Shown: positions 17,398-27,158, numbered from the stretch's first letter. The stretch: 64,000 nt of DNA from an uncultured Planctomycetota bacterium (GCA_964530615.1 CAZHAR010000025.1:2129-66128); one strand, 5' to 3'. The notes: generated by a model not told the origin, from the letters alone. Numbers and translations are program-made.

Positions 17398-19311
17398 ATG
17401 AAACCAATTGTTTATTTGGGCTTTTTCTTGAGCTTGATCGGCTTTCTTCAAGCTCAAGAAATCAAGCAACTTAAAAATGATTTGAATAAAATTGTGGGCA
17501 ATATTAATGAAGTACTTCCTAAACTTGCTTTTTTTGAACTGGAGTTGGGAAGAGTGAAAGGCGAAATTGCGGAAGCGGAAAAAGTACTCAAAGATCTCCA
17601 ATTTGATGAAAAAGGAGAACCCAAGACAATCACACTTTCTCAAGGTCAAACGCGCGAAGGGTATCTCAAACCTTATACGGATAAATTAAATGCCGCTCAA
17701 GCGAAAGAGGCCGCTCCTTCCAAAAGTGTGGAAGATTTTCTTGAGAAGCTAAAACAACCCTATGAGGAACTTTCTGAAATTACGGAACAACTCGTCAAAC
17801 AAAATACAAAAGAAGCTGTTCAGGCTCTTGAAGAAGTTTTAGTAAAAACGGAAAAAGGCTCTAAGTTCCATAACGATATGTATCTCATTTTAGGGAAAGG
17901 AGTCGCTTCGTTTACTAATCGGGACGCAATGAATGAAGTGGGCGACTTTATTTTGAAAAATAAATCGATGCCAATTGCTCAAGATGTGCTATTTTTCATG
18001 GTTCAGGGAAATTTCCATACGAATGCAGAAGAGATGGTCATCGAAATTTTCCAAAAAGGCCCTCCTGTTCTTCGAGATATGGCCATTGGTTATATGAAAT
18101 TGATTCGCAGTAAAAAAACAATCCCCGTCTTGATCGAAGCTCTGAAAAAAGAAGATAAAGCCTCCGGTTTACAAGAAAAACTCATGGACGCTCTGGAAGC
18201 GATTACCGGAGGAACAGGGAATAACGCCGAACAATGGGCTTCTTGGTGGAGCCGAAATCAAGGAGAAGAGCTTCATGAACTTCGGAAAAAACGAATGAGC
18301 GCGACTTCTGGCTGGCGTGATAACGATCTGGAAAAAATTCGAGATAAAAAAATTCTCGTGATTACCAGTTTTTGTACTGGAGAGCAAAAAAGCGATCATA
18401 ATTTCGATCATATCGAAGACATTCTGGTCAAGACTTGGAAAATGAACGAAGAGGTGATTCATATTGTCCGAAAAGAAGACTTTGTGAAAGAAGATCTATC
18501 CAATGTTTTGGCGATTCTAATTAATTGTAATCTTTATTGGCGCCATGATACTGCAAAGTCGTGTCGTGCAAGTGGAGGTCCGGGCGGAATCCGCTTGTCT
18601 GGTTGTGGAGGTCCGGGGCCTCATAATCCAATGACCCATGAATTGAGCCCGGAAGCGTGTGCCAAAATCAAGAAATACGTAGAAAATGGGGGCTATCTGT
18701 TTACAGAAGACTGGGTTTTAGAAGAATTATTAGAAGTGAATTGGCCAAAACTTATTTGGTCGACACGTCGTACTTCGATTAAACCGACGGAAGGGAAAGA
18801 AGAAAAATCCAGAGGAGGTCTTAAACACTATGGTATTGAAGTTTTTATTACCCGTGGAGCGGCATCTCACCCTTATTTGCGAGGAGTTTGGGGCAATACT
18901 TTAAAAGAAGATATGTCGACAGAAGCTCAAAATAGCCAAGCCGAATCTCGTGTTTATGAACCTGCAAAACATGGATGGATCGTAGACGATGATAGCCCCA
19001 TCGTTGAAGTCAATTTGCAAAATTGTCAGGTGCTCATCGAAACCAAAGATGCTCGTCTCGTCAAGGACGGAAACGGAGGCTCGGTTGCTGTGGTCTTCAG
19101 CCCGGTCCCTGATAAACAAGTGGTAATCACCGGAGAAGGAATCGATCCGGGAAAAATGAAAGGGGGTCGTGTTTTACATGTACTTTCCCACTTTGATGAG
19201 CAAAAAGGGGGAGATCGTTCGTTACAAAATATTCTCTTAAATTTCTTGCTTGAAGCGGCAGATCGTCATCGGATTAAGCTTCGTAAAGAAAACGAGAAAA
19301 AATTCAAATAA
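17398..19311 (+). CDS. Secreted protein: signal peptide, coiled coil, HEAT-like repeats and a C-terminal alpha/beta domain
   Basis: Hydrophobic leader ending LQAQE. HEAT-like TIPVLIEALKK and LMDALEAITG. The C-terminal region contains GGYLFTEDW. Confidence 0.7.
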   Translation: MKPIVYLGFFLSLIGFLQAQEIKQLKNDLNKIVGNINEVLPKLAFFELELGRVKGEIAEAEKVLKDLQFDEKGEPKTITLSQGQTREGYLKPYTDKLNAAQAKEAAPSKSVEDFLEKLKQPYEELSEITEQLVKQNTKEAVQALEEVLVKTEKGSKFHNDMYLILGKGVASFTNRDAMNEVGDFILKNKSMPIAQDVLFFMVQGNFHTNAEEMVIEIFQKGPPVLRDMAIGYMKLIRSKKTIPVLIEALKKEDKASGLQEKLMDALEAITGGTGNNAEQWASWWSRNQGEELHELRKKRMSATSGWRDNDLEKIRDKKILVITSFCTGEQKSDHNFDHIEDILVKTWKMNEEVIHIVRKEDFVKEDLSNVLAILINCNLYWRHDTAKSCRASGGPGGIRLSGCGGPGPHNPMTHELSPEACAKIKKYVENGGYLFTEDWVLEELLEVNWPKLIWSTRRTSIKPTEGKEEKSRGGLKHYGIEVFITRGAASHPYLRGVWGNTLKEDMSTEAQNSQAESRVYEPAKHGWIVDDDSPIVEVNLQNCQVLIETKDARLVKDGNGGSVAVVFSPVPDKQVVITGEGIDPGKMKGGRVLHVLSHFDEQKGGDRSLQNILLNFLLEAADRHRIKLRKENEKKFK

Positions 19312-19327
19312 TCCCGTTCTTTTTTGG

Positions 19328-19353
19328 GGGCGTATTGCATACGCCCTTTTTTT
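19328..19353 (+). terminator. Rho-independent terminator
   Basis: GGGCGTAT-tgc-ATACGCCC followed by T7. Confidence 0.8.
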
Positions 19354-19457
19354 ATTTTCATTTTTCCAAAACAAGTATTCTTTCAAAACAAAAATCGGAC
19401 TTGAAAAGAGTTTGAAGACTATGATACACTTAATCTTCTCAAATTTTTGGAGAATTT

Positions 19458-19712
19458 ATGGCAAAAAAGGATATTTTTTTATTGGGTATTGGACTTGATC
19501 CGGATCAAGAAGGCCACAAAAGAATTACCAAAAGTGAAGAGTTTTTTTTAGTGGGGGGCTCTAAAGAAACGCATGAAGAGATGCAAGAAAAAGCCATTAA
19601 GTTTACAGAACAACTGGAATCGCGCGGTAAAAAAATGGGCGAACTTGAACTTCAAGAGTTTTTAGAAATTGCCGATAAAGTAGGGCTTTCTGCCCCGAAA
19701 AAACGATTTTAA
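19458..19712 (+). CDS. Small conserved hypothetical protein of the type seen in PVC bacteria
   Basis: LLGIGLD..EGHKRIT...F.LVGGS.ETHE.M pattern recalled from Verrucomicrobia/Planctomycetes hypotheticals. RBS GGAG. Confidence 0.75.
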   Translation: MAKKDIFLLGIGLDPDQEGHKRITKSEEFFLVGGSKETHEEMQEKAIKFTEQLESRGKKMGELELQEFLEIADKVGLSAPKKRF

Positions 19713-19740
19713 CGATCGGATGTTATTTTAGTGGAACGCG

Positions 19741-20328
19741 TTGGAAAATAAAGGCTTAGTATTCGTGACCAAGCAAGAAATTCTTCTCGCTAAAATCGCT
19801 CTGAAAAAAAAATATATCACTCAGCAACAATTAGAGGAGTGTTTGCGTCTTCAAAAAAATTCGGAGCGCCCCAAACCTCTCGTTATTTTGATGATTGAAC
19901 AAGGATTTATTTCCGACAAAGAACTGGAAGCAATTGTTCAATATCAACAAAAATATCAACAAAAAATTCAATCCAAAAAAGAAAATATCCCTGAAAAGAA
20001 ATCGGCAGAATCAAAAAAATCCGAAAAATCGTATATTTCTTGTGGTTTTTGCAAGAAAAAAATTCCTGAAAATTTGCCGTTTTGCCCCCACTGTAAAACA
20101 CAGTTTATGGATGTTTCCAAAGCACAAATGACTCTAGAGAATGCTTATTATTGCGGGTTTTGTAATGGTCCTATTACAGAATTAGATGAAAAATGTCCTA
20201 AGTGTGGAGCGGTCTTTACCACATTAGAAAGTTTAAACGAACAAGTCTATTCTTGCGCCAATTGCAAAAATTTGGTTTCGTTATCGGATCGAAAGTGTCC
20301 AAATTGTGGCGCTCAATTCGATGACTAA
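19741..20328 (+). CDS. Degenerate MshEN/T2SSE_N-like domain plus three double zinc ribbons
   Basis: Two tandem L..I....YIT..QL...L..Q units, then three CxxC-x10-11-CxxC pairs. Confidence 0.75.
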   Translation: MENKGLVFVTKQEILLAKIALKKKYITQQQLEECLRLQKNSERPKPLVILMIEQGFISDKELEAIVQYQQKYQQKIQSKKENIPEKKSAESKKSEKSYISCGFCKKKIPENLPFCPHCKTQFMDVSKAQMTLENAYYCGFCNGPITELDEKCPKCGAVFTTLESLNEQVYSCANCKNLVSLSDRKCPNCGAQFDD

Positions 20329-20340
20329 AAAAAATTTTGC

Positions 20341-20523
20341 TTAATATTCAAAAGAACTATAATCCGACCGTGAAGAATAGAGATATTTTCTTTCTTCTGG
20401 AGTAAAGATACTGGTTCGGTGCTTATCATCATTAAAGCAATGTCCATTTAACGTGATGACCCATTGCCTACAGATATCACACCAACCTAAATAAGGTTCT
20501 CGAACAAAGTCAGGATTTTGCAT
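20341..20523 (-). CDS. Small putative metal-binding protein (60 aa)
   Basis: Strong RBS AAGGAG. WCDIC...GHC...H pattern. Confidence 0.6.
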   Translation of the reverse strand: MQNPDFVREPYLGWCDICRQWVITLNGHCFNDDKHRTSIFTPEERKYLYSSRSDYSSFEY

Positions 20524-20576
20524 GATAGAATCTCCTTAAGCGCTTAAACAAATAAAAAAAATCTGCTCTTCCTTAT

Positions 20577-22556
20577 ATGAATCTTGAGGACATCTCTATG
20601 CGGATCGCGGTTTGGAATTTTTTGATTCTTTTCTGCCTTCAAGGGAGCCTGATTCTTCTTGTTTTCCTCCCTCCAGTAGCACCTTCTCCTCATCCAGATA
20701 TTTATAAATTTCTTGGATTCGGGATTTTATTTTTTACAACAATTTTCTTTTATTATTTAAACCTTTCCTTGAACCAAAAGTTCCGTTTCTCTGAAAAAAA
20801 AAATAATTTTTTTACTCTTTTTTTTCTGGGATATCAGTTTTTACTTTTAGCCCTCCATCCATTTTATGAGACGTTACTTCAGGGAAGTCTCTTTTGCCTT
20901 TTTTTTTGTTTTGGCGTTTTTTTGTCGGAAAAACCCTTTCAAAAAAATGTTCGTAGTACGCTTCCATGGATGGGCTTGGTACTTGCCGTCTATGGAATTT
21001 TTCAGAAATGGAACCCGTCTCTTTCGGCGATTGAAGGCGGGTCGATTGGAACATTAGGAAATTCTAATTTTGTAGCTACTTTTTTAGCGCCATTGATTTC
21101 TTTTTCGGTCGGAGAATTTTTCCAAACGCGCCAAAAAAAAATGTTGCTTCCGCTGGTTGTGATGCTATTTTGTCTTTTTCTGACTCGAGGTCGAGCGGGG
21201 TGGCTAGGATTTATGGGTGGGCTTTTTTTTTTACTTCCCCGCCGTCATGGACTTCTCTTAATCCCGCTTTTGTTGGGGGTTTTCGCCCTTTCTCCAAGCT
21301 TTTTTTTCCGTACCTATGATTCGGTGCGTCTCTCCATTTACCGTCAAACACTCACGATGATTCAAGATCATTTTTGGTTTGGAGTGGGTGTTGGACAATT
21401 TGAGAATGTTTTTCGACGGTACCGAGAACCAGAAGAATATTATCTCTCACAAGAAGGAGTCGCCTGTTCCGAGAGCGACTGGCTCCAATGGTTTTCAGAG
21501 TGGGGGGTTCCGGGGACCCTTTTATGGATCATTTTATTGCTTCGAGCCTCTAATGCTCTGCGAAAAACAGATCGCGCGTTGTTTTCAGCGCTGATTTCAC
21601 TATTTATTTGCGGACTTTTTAATTTTCCGATGCATCTTCCTCATGGATTGCTTCTGCTATTCTGGATTTTGGGAAACTCTGGAAGCCTCAGCCTCTCCCC
21701 TAAAATTTCCTTGTTCGTTCCGATCCTAGCACTCGCTTCTTTTCCACTACTTTGGATGGCCGCGATGGGACAACTTTATCAAGAACAAGCTTCGCTTCTG
21801 GGATTTGAAGTTTCAGCCCTAAAAAAATCGCTCTCTTGGTTTCCTCAGGCGGAACGATATGAACTTTTGGGAAAAGCTTACCGAAAACACAATCAATTGA
21901 AAGAAGCACAAGATTGTTATGAAAAAGCGTTACTTCTGGAACCTTCTCGCTATACGTCTTGGTTTGAATTGGGAATGGTCACAGAAGAAATTGATTATTT
22001 TGATCAAGCGCTAAAAATTAATCCGGGCTATTCTCTGGCGCGGTATCAAAAAGCGCGATTAATTTGGAAAAAAAATCAACGTCTGGAAGAAGCGCTTGAA
22101 TGCTACGAAATCCTTCTGGTTAACGTAGAGCAACAAAAAAAAATTGCGCCGCTTCCTTTGAAGAAACAAGCATTATATCAACAGGCCCTCTATGATAAGG
22201 CTTGTATTTATTTGCAAAAAAAAGAATACACTTTGGCCACCGAAGTCCTTCAAAAGCTTCTAATCCAAAACCCTGAGCATCCAGAAGGACTTTTAGAATT
22301 GGGAATTCTTTTTTGTGTGGAGCATCATTTTGCTCAGGGCAAAAAATATCTGGAAGCGGCATTTCAACAAATTCCCCAGCATTCCAGATTACGTTTTAAT
22401 TTGGGCCAACTTTATTATCAAGAGCAGTGTTGGCAAAAAGCGTATGAAATGTTTCTTCCATTAGAGCAAACGGGAGGGCCCTATCAAGAATCTGCACAAA
22501 GATTTCTTCGGGGAATCGAGCAACAAAGAAAAGAGAAAGACTCTCGAAACGATTAA
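20577..22556 (+). CDS. O-antigen ligase/Wzy_C-like membrane protein with C-terminal TPR repeats
   Basis: Motifs GTLGNSNF, LTRGRAGW, R..IY...L.MI.DHFWFGVG.GQF; many TM helices; TPR tail. Confidence 0.85.
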   Translation: MNLEDISMRIAVWNFLILFCLQGSLILLVFLPPVAPSPHPDIYKFLGFGILFFTTIFFYYLNLSLNQKFRFSEKKNNFFTLFFLGYQFLLLALHPFYETLLQGSLFCLFFCFGVFLSEKPFQKNVRSTLPWMGLVLAVYGIFQKWNPSLSAIEGGSIGTLGNSNFVATFLAPLISFSVGEFFQTRQKKMLLPLVVMLFCLFLTRGRAGWLGFMGGLFFLLPRRHGLLLIPLLLGVFALSPSFFFRTYDSVRLSIYRQTLTMIQDHFWFGVGVGQFENVFRRYREPEEYYLSQEGVACSESDWLQWFSEWGVPGTLLWIILLLRASNALRKTDRALFSALISLFICGLFNFPMHLPHGLLLLFWILGNSGSLSLSPKISLFVPILALASFPLLWMAAMGQLYQEQASLLGFEVSALKKSLSWFPQAERYELLGKAYRKHNQLKEAQDCYEKALLLEPSRYTSWFELGMVTEEIDYFDQALKINPGYSLARYQKARLIWKKNQRLEEALECYEILLVNVEQQKKIAPLPLKKQALYQQALYDKACIYLQKKEYTLATEVLQKLLIQNPEHPEGLLELGILFCVEHHFAQGKKYLEAAFQQIPQHSRLRFNLGQLYYQEQCWQKAYEMFLPLEQTGGPYQESAQRFLRGIEQQRKEKDSRND

Positions 22557-22570
22557 TCGCAAATAGTGTG

Positions 22571-23710
22571 TTAAAACGAGCGTCGACCTTCGTATCCAGC
22601 CATAATTTCTTGCATTTTCAAATAATACCAGGCATTTTGCTCTTTATATTCGTCGCTGTCACGACCCCCTTTTCTCAACCAGCCTTCATAACGGGCTCGG
22701 GCTGGAAAAAATTTTGGATGATTATACGCTTCCACTAAAGATTCAAATTTTTGCTTGACTTCAGGGCTATCTGGGTCCTTATTCGTATAGGTATTTGCAT
22801 GTTCCAATGCCCGCACATCTCGGAGTCGTTTCCAATATAACGGATCTTGCTCCAAGTCAACACGGCTCCAACCTGCACGATCATGTTCATCGGGTTCAAT
22901 TGATTTGCTTTTTTTTGGATCCTTGCTTCCGTTAGAAGAACCCTCCTTGCTTTCACTTGAAGAGCTTCCTTGAGAGGAATTATTTCCGGAGTTAGAAGAG
23001 GAAGTACTCTGCGAAGAATTCGATTTATTTTCTGTCGTTTTTGAATTTTCTTGGCCCTGAAACCCGCCAGTTTTAGAGTTTTCAGAAGTCTTTACGTTCC
23101 CTGTATTTTTTTCGTTACTTTGAGGATTTTGGGAATTTTTCGTTCCGTTTCCGGACCCTCCGGTTCCTGAACCTTCGTTTCCTGAAAATCCGCCAGACGC
23201 AGAATTGTTCCCGCCCGAATTTCCAGAAGAGGCGTTTGAAGATTTATTTTCTGAAGCGTTAAAGCCCCCTTGAGAACCAGAGTTGCTAGCGCTGTTTGAA
23301 GCAGAATTTTGACCAGAATTGGATTCTGGCGCGTGAAATCCCCCTGTGGAACTTTTGGATTTTCTGGGATCGTTTCCTGCGGATTGAGAATATTTTTTAG
23401 ATTCAGGCCCCGGAGGAACAAATTTTTCAGATTGTGCCTTCCCTTCGGTAGAAGATTTCAAGTGAGCGCTTTCTTTTTCCGAGCCTCCCGCTAAATTGCC
23501 TGTACTATGAGCACCGGAGTCTTTCGTTGAATCCGAAGCGGCAGAGTCTGATAATTCAGCAATTTCGCGACCGTCTTGGAGAGTTTCTTTTGAAGCTTGA
23601 AAAAGTCCTTTTTGATTGGAACCAAAAACAGCCGCAATTAAAATTCCGGCGATCACCATCAATCCGATTAACAGGATAAATTCGGTCATCCCTTGTGCTC
23701 GATTCCTCAT
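22571..23710 (-). CDS. Flp-type pilin paralog with a long Ser/Gly/Asn-rich linker and an unknown C-terminal domain
   Basis: ATG 23710 has RBS GGAGA. MRNRAQGMTEFILLIGL is a prepilin leader. It aligns with the full length of the adjacent short pilin. Confidence 0.8.
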   Translation of the reverse strand: MRNRAQGMTEFILLIGLMVIAGILIAAVFGSNQKGLFQASKETLQDGREIAELSDSAASDSTKDSGAHSTGNLAGGSEKESAHLKSSTEGKAQSEKFVPPGPESKKYSQSAGNDPRKSKSSTGGFHAPESNSGQNSASNSASNSGSQGGFNASENKSSNASSGNSGGNNSASGGFSGNEGSGTGGSGNGTKNSQNPQSNEKNTGNVKTSENSKTGGFQGQENSKTTENKSNSSQSTSSSNSGNNSSQGSSSSESKEGSSNGSKDPKKSKSIEPDEHDRAGWSRVDLEQDPLYWKRLRDVRALEHANTYTNKDPDSPEVKQKFESLVEAYNHPKFFPARARYEGWLRKGGRDSDEYKEQNAWYYLKMQEIMAGYEGRRSF

Positions 23711-23849
23711 AGATCTTTCTCCAATAAAATCACGCTTTAAAAAAAATGGGGGCCCAAAAGGAATAGAAATAGAGAACGATTTTTTCAAAAAGTTCCTTTA
23801 AAGTTTTCAGAGAGGTATTTTCCAGAGATTTATAGTTAAGGATATCAAC

Positions 23850-23876
23850 AAAAAAACCAACCCCGAAGGGTTGGTT
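23850..23876 (-). terminator. Rho-independent terminator downstream of the short flp gene
   Basis: Minus strand AACCAACCC-TTCG-GGGTTGGTT then a T-run; C(UUCG)G tetraloop. Confidence 0.9.
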
Positions 23877-23907
23877 CTCTTAGACTATTCGGATGAATGA
23901 GAGGAGA

Positions 23908-24147
23908 TCATTCCCCTTCCATTTTACCTGTTTTATGTTTTCCGGAATCAGCGGAATCATCATAAGAACCAGAGTCTTTCATTTCTTTAAATTCGCGACC
24001 ATCTTTGAAGGTCGTGTTTGCACCTTGGAAGAGTGCTTTAATATTGGAACCGAATACGGCAACAATAACAATGAGGGCGATAGCAACGAGGGCAACGATA
24101 ATGATGTATTCGGTCATACCTTGACCGCGACGGCCTGCATTAAACAT
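23908..24147 (-). CDS. flp: Flp family type IVb/Tad pilin
   Basis: RRG|QGMTEYIIIVALVAI with Glu+5 and Tyr+6; 79 aa; RBS AGGAG. Confidence 0.88.
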   Translation of the reverse strand: MFNAGRRGQGMTEYIIIVALVAIALIVIVAVFGSNIKALFQGANTTFKDGREFKEMKDSGSYDDSADSGKHKTGKMEGE

Positions 24148-24452
24148 ATTCCTTACTCCTAAAAATTAGAAGGATTTTCTTGAGAGAGTGGTCTTCCCGT
24201 CCTGTGAGAAGACCGTTACATTTTCATTTAAGGTATAAGCAGATTGTGTACCAAAACAATAAAAAATTATTTTTTTTTATAACTATATATAAATAAAACA
24301 CTTATTTTTTTTGTATTTTTTTTTCACCGAAAATAATGTAAAATTTTTTTTCAATCCAAGAAAAAATTTGTAAAGATTATTAACATTCACCCTTTGGATT
24401 ATTTTTTATTCTCTTCTATTTTAAATTATTATCCATTGAACTATAAAGAGTT

Positions 24453-26324
24453 ATGCAGGAAAAAACCTTCTTTTCAAACAAAATTTTACTTTGTATTTTA
24501 ATCCTCCTCCTCTGCTCTTTTTTTCTGGATATTGGACAACGCGATTTATGGAGCGCTGGAGAAGCCAGAGCCGCCTTGATTGCCGAACGAATGAATAAAG
24601 AAAAGAACTACCTTATTCCGACTATGCCAGAAGGCCCTAGCTACGCAAAACCGCCCTTATTTTATTGGCTCGTTACTTTAGGTCCAACCGAAGACGATGG
24701 ACGCTTTGGAGCCCTTGCAGTTCGGCTCCCTTCTGTCTTGAGTGCAATAATACTAGTTTGTTGCGTTTGTTACGTAGGCGAGCTTTGGTTGGGCCCACAA
24801 ATCGGCTATCTCGCCGCAATCATTCTTTGTACAAACTTAAAATTTTTCTGGATGGCGAGAGTCGGACGGATCGATATGCTTTTGACCCTCTTTATCTTCC
24901 TGACACTGATCGCCGTTTACTGGACTTGGAAGTCTGGAAACCGATTTGGCCTTTTCTTTGCCAGCTTCATTTGCGCTCTTGGAACTCTTGCCAAAGGTCC
25001 CATTGCCCTCTTTCTTCCGGGTCTTGTTATTCTTGTTACCTTGATTTATCAAGATCCTTATCTGTTCCGTAAAAATAATTTTTTACGTCAGTATTCGGGG
25101 TGTCTTCTTGGAGCGTTTCTTTTTTACCTGCTACTCACCGTGCCTTGGTATCTTCTGATACATTATCGAACGTCTGGCGTATTTACCCAGCAATTTCTGT
25201 TTCGACATAATTTGGCGCGCTATATGGGAAGTATTCAGATGTTAGAAAATGTGCTCGATTTAGACTCCTCTGAAACGTTAAGAGACTTTGATACGTCTCA
25301 ACCCTTCTGGTATATGGTTCCACGCCTTTTTGGAGATTTCTTTCCTTGGTCTATCTTCCTTCCCTCCTGTATTTACTTTTTTTTTAAATCGCGATCCCGA
25401 CAGCCAGGAACAGTCTCCTTCTTTGCTTTCTGTGTCGTTGCCTCGATTACTATTTTTCTTTTCTTTTCTATTAGCTCGTTTAAACGGGGAGACTATCTTT
25501 TACCGGTGTTTCCTCCACTAGCGCTCTTGCTAGCTTGTTATTGGAAACGACTTCCTCAAATATCTCCAGAAGTTCGTTGGATTCAGAAAATTTTTATGGG
25601 GAGTTGGTCCCTTTTCTGTCTTATTTTTGCTACGGCTACTCTGATTCCAGATCAATTTTTTACACTTTCATTCTGGGATCGAATTTTGAAAGACGCCGAT
25701 TTTCAAAACTTACAAAAGATCCATCTTTTTTTTAAAGCGTCTCGGTACGCTTGTTTTATTTTTCTTGGTTTTATTCTCCTGAGCCTATTTAGTTTTTTCT
25801 GGGTCGCTAAACGCTCTCCTCCATATTTTTGTCTTTATCTGGGGCTGATCACCAGTGGTTCTTTATCTCTGGTGCTGGTCTTATTTTTTCCTTACTTTGA
25901 CGAAATTCGAAGTTTGAAACCCTTTGTGACTCGCATTCATCAAAGAATGCCCCTCTCTCAACCCCTTATTATTATTGGGAGAGCCTATGATTTTAATGAT
26001 CTTCATTACCACCTTCAAAGACAAATCGAACACATTGAAACGGCCCCAGATTCGAATCGTGGTTATCAAATTCTTCGCGAAACCCCAGACGGAGATTTTG
26101 AGGCTCAATGGATTTTGAAAAAACCTCCTGAAAACTGGGAAGATCAGCAATGGGAATTCTTTTTCCAATTCCTAAAACAACCGAAGCAACACTTTTTTTT
26201 GATTCGAGAAAAAGACTTGAAAAAAATTCCTATTAACGTTCCTTATTATTGCTATACAGATAATAAAGAAAGCGCTCGTAAAATTCTTTTACTCATTTCG
26301 AATAGTCCTCCACCCCCTAAATAA
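24453..26324 (+). CDS. ArnT/GT39-like (PMT family) membrane glycosyltransferase
   Basis: Motifs DLW..GEAR, KPPLFYW, RLPS, ARVGRIDM, LAKGP, PWY, KRGDYLLP. Confidence 0.85.
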   Translation: MQEKTFFSNKILLCILILLLCSFFLDIGQRDLWSAGEARAALIAERMNKEKNYLIPTMPEGPSYAKPPLFYWLVTLGPTEDDGRFGALAVRLPSVLSAIILVCCVCYVGELWLGPQIGYLAAIILCTNLKFFWMARVGRIDMLLTLFIFLTLIAVYWTWKSGNRFGLFFASFICALGTLAKGPIALFLPGLVILVTLIYQDPYLFRKNNFLRQYSGCLLGAFLFYLLLTVPWYLLIHYRTSGVFTQQFLFRHNLARYMGSIQMLENVLDLDSSETLRDFDTSQPFWYMVPRLFGDFFPWSIFLPSCIYFFFKSRSRQPGTVSFFAFCVVASITIFLFFSISSFKRGDYLLPVFPPLALLLACYWKRLPQISPEVRWIQKIFMGSWSLFCLIFATATLIPDQFFTLSFWDRILKDADFQNLQKIHLFFKASRYACFIFLGFILLSLFSFFWVAKRSPPYFCLYLGLITSGSLSLVLVLFFPYFDEIRSLKPFVTRIHQRMPLSQPLIIIGRAYDFNDLHYHLQRQIEHIETAPDSNRGYQILRETPDGDFEAQWILKKPPENWEDQQWEFFFQFLKQPKQHFFLIREKDLKKIPINVPYYCYTDNKESARKILLLISNSPPPPK

Positions 26325-26342
26325 TTCATAGGTGAATATTTT

Positions 26343-27158
26343 ATGAAATGGATTTGTTATGAGGATCAAACCACTCCTCGTCTCGGACGCCTTGAAGGAG
26401 AACAAGTTTATCCTCTGTTAGAAACAGAAAGAGCGGTCGTCTCTGGGCTCTTCGAGAAATCGCCCTCTTCTCGTGAAGGCGCACCCCTTAAACTCTCTAC
26501 TCTCAAACTTTATCCGCCGTTACTTCGCCCTTCAAAAATTATCTGCGTTGGCCTGAATTACCGAGATCACGCCGAAGAACAAAATAAACCGATTCCTCAA
26601 CAACCCTTGTTGTTTTTTAAAGCCTCCAATTGTGTGATCGGACATCAAGGGAAAGTAGTTCACCCCGGAACCCCACATCTTCTTGATTACGAGGTGGAAC
26701 TCGGAGTTGTGATCGGGAAAGGGGGCGCTAAAATCCCAAAAGAACAAGCCGCTCAACATATTTTTGGATATACTATCTTTCTCGATATGACCGCGCGCGA
26801 TTGTCAAAAATCCGATGGTCAATGGTTTCGAGCTAAAAGTTTTGCTACTTTCGGCCCGATGGGACCCTTTATTCGAGAAATAGAAAAAGGAGAAGAAACA
26901 CCTTCTCTTGAGCTAGAACTATGGGTTAACGGGGAGCTTCGCCAAAAAAGTAATACGCGTCATCTGATTTTTGATATTCCGTTCCTCATTTCTTATATTT
27001 CTCATATTATTCCTCTTGAAACAGGAGATCTCATTTCTACAGGAACCCCTGCAGGCGTTGGCGTGTTCCGTAATCCTCCTGTCTATCTCCAGCCTCACGA
27101 TAAAATTACAGCTCGAATTGAAACCCTTGGAACCCTCGAAGTTGAAATTTCCTCCTAA
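26343..27158 (+). CDS. Fumarylacetoacetate hydrolase family protein
   Basis: Motifs KIICVGLNYRDH, DYEVELGVVIG, RAKSFATFGPMGP and GDLISTGTPAGVG. Confidence 0.92.
   Translation: MKWICYEDQTTPRLGRLEGEQVYPLLETERAVVSGLFEKSPSSREGAPLKLSTLKLYPPLLRPSKIICVGLNYRDHAEEQNKPIPQQPLLFFKASNCVIGHQGKVVHPGTPHLLDYEVELGVVIGKGGAKIPKEQAAQHIFGYTIFLDMTARDCQKSDGQWFRAKSFATFGPMGPFIREIEKGEETPSLELELWVNGELRQKSNTRHLIFDIPFLISYISHIIPLETGDLISTGTPAGVGVFRNPPVYLQPHDKITARIETLGTLEVEISS

Noticed and set aside
24190-24214. Hairpin in the flp leader (c-di-GMP riboswitch?)
   Set aside because: Only a 7-bp stem, with no GEMM features such as a GNRA tetraloop-receptor pair.
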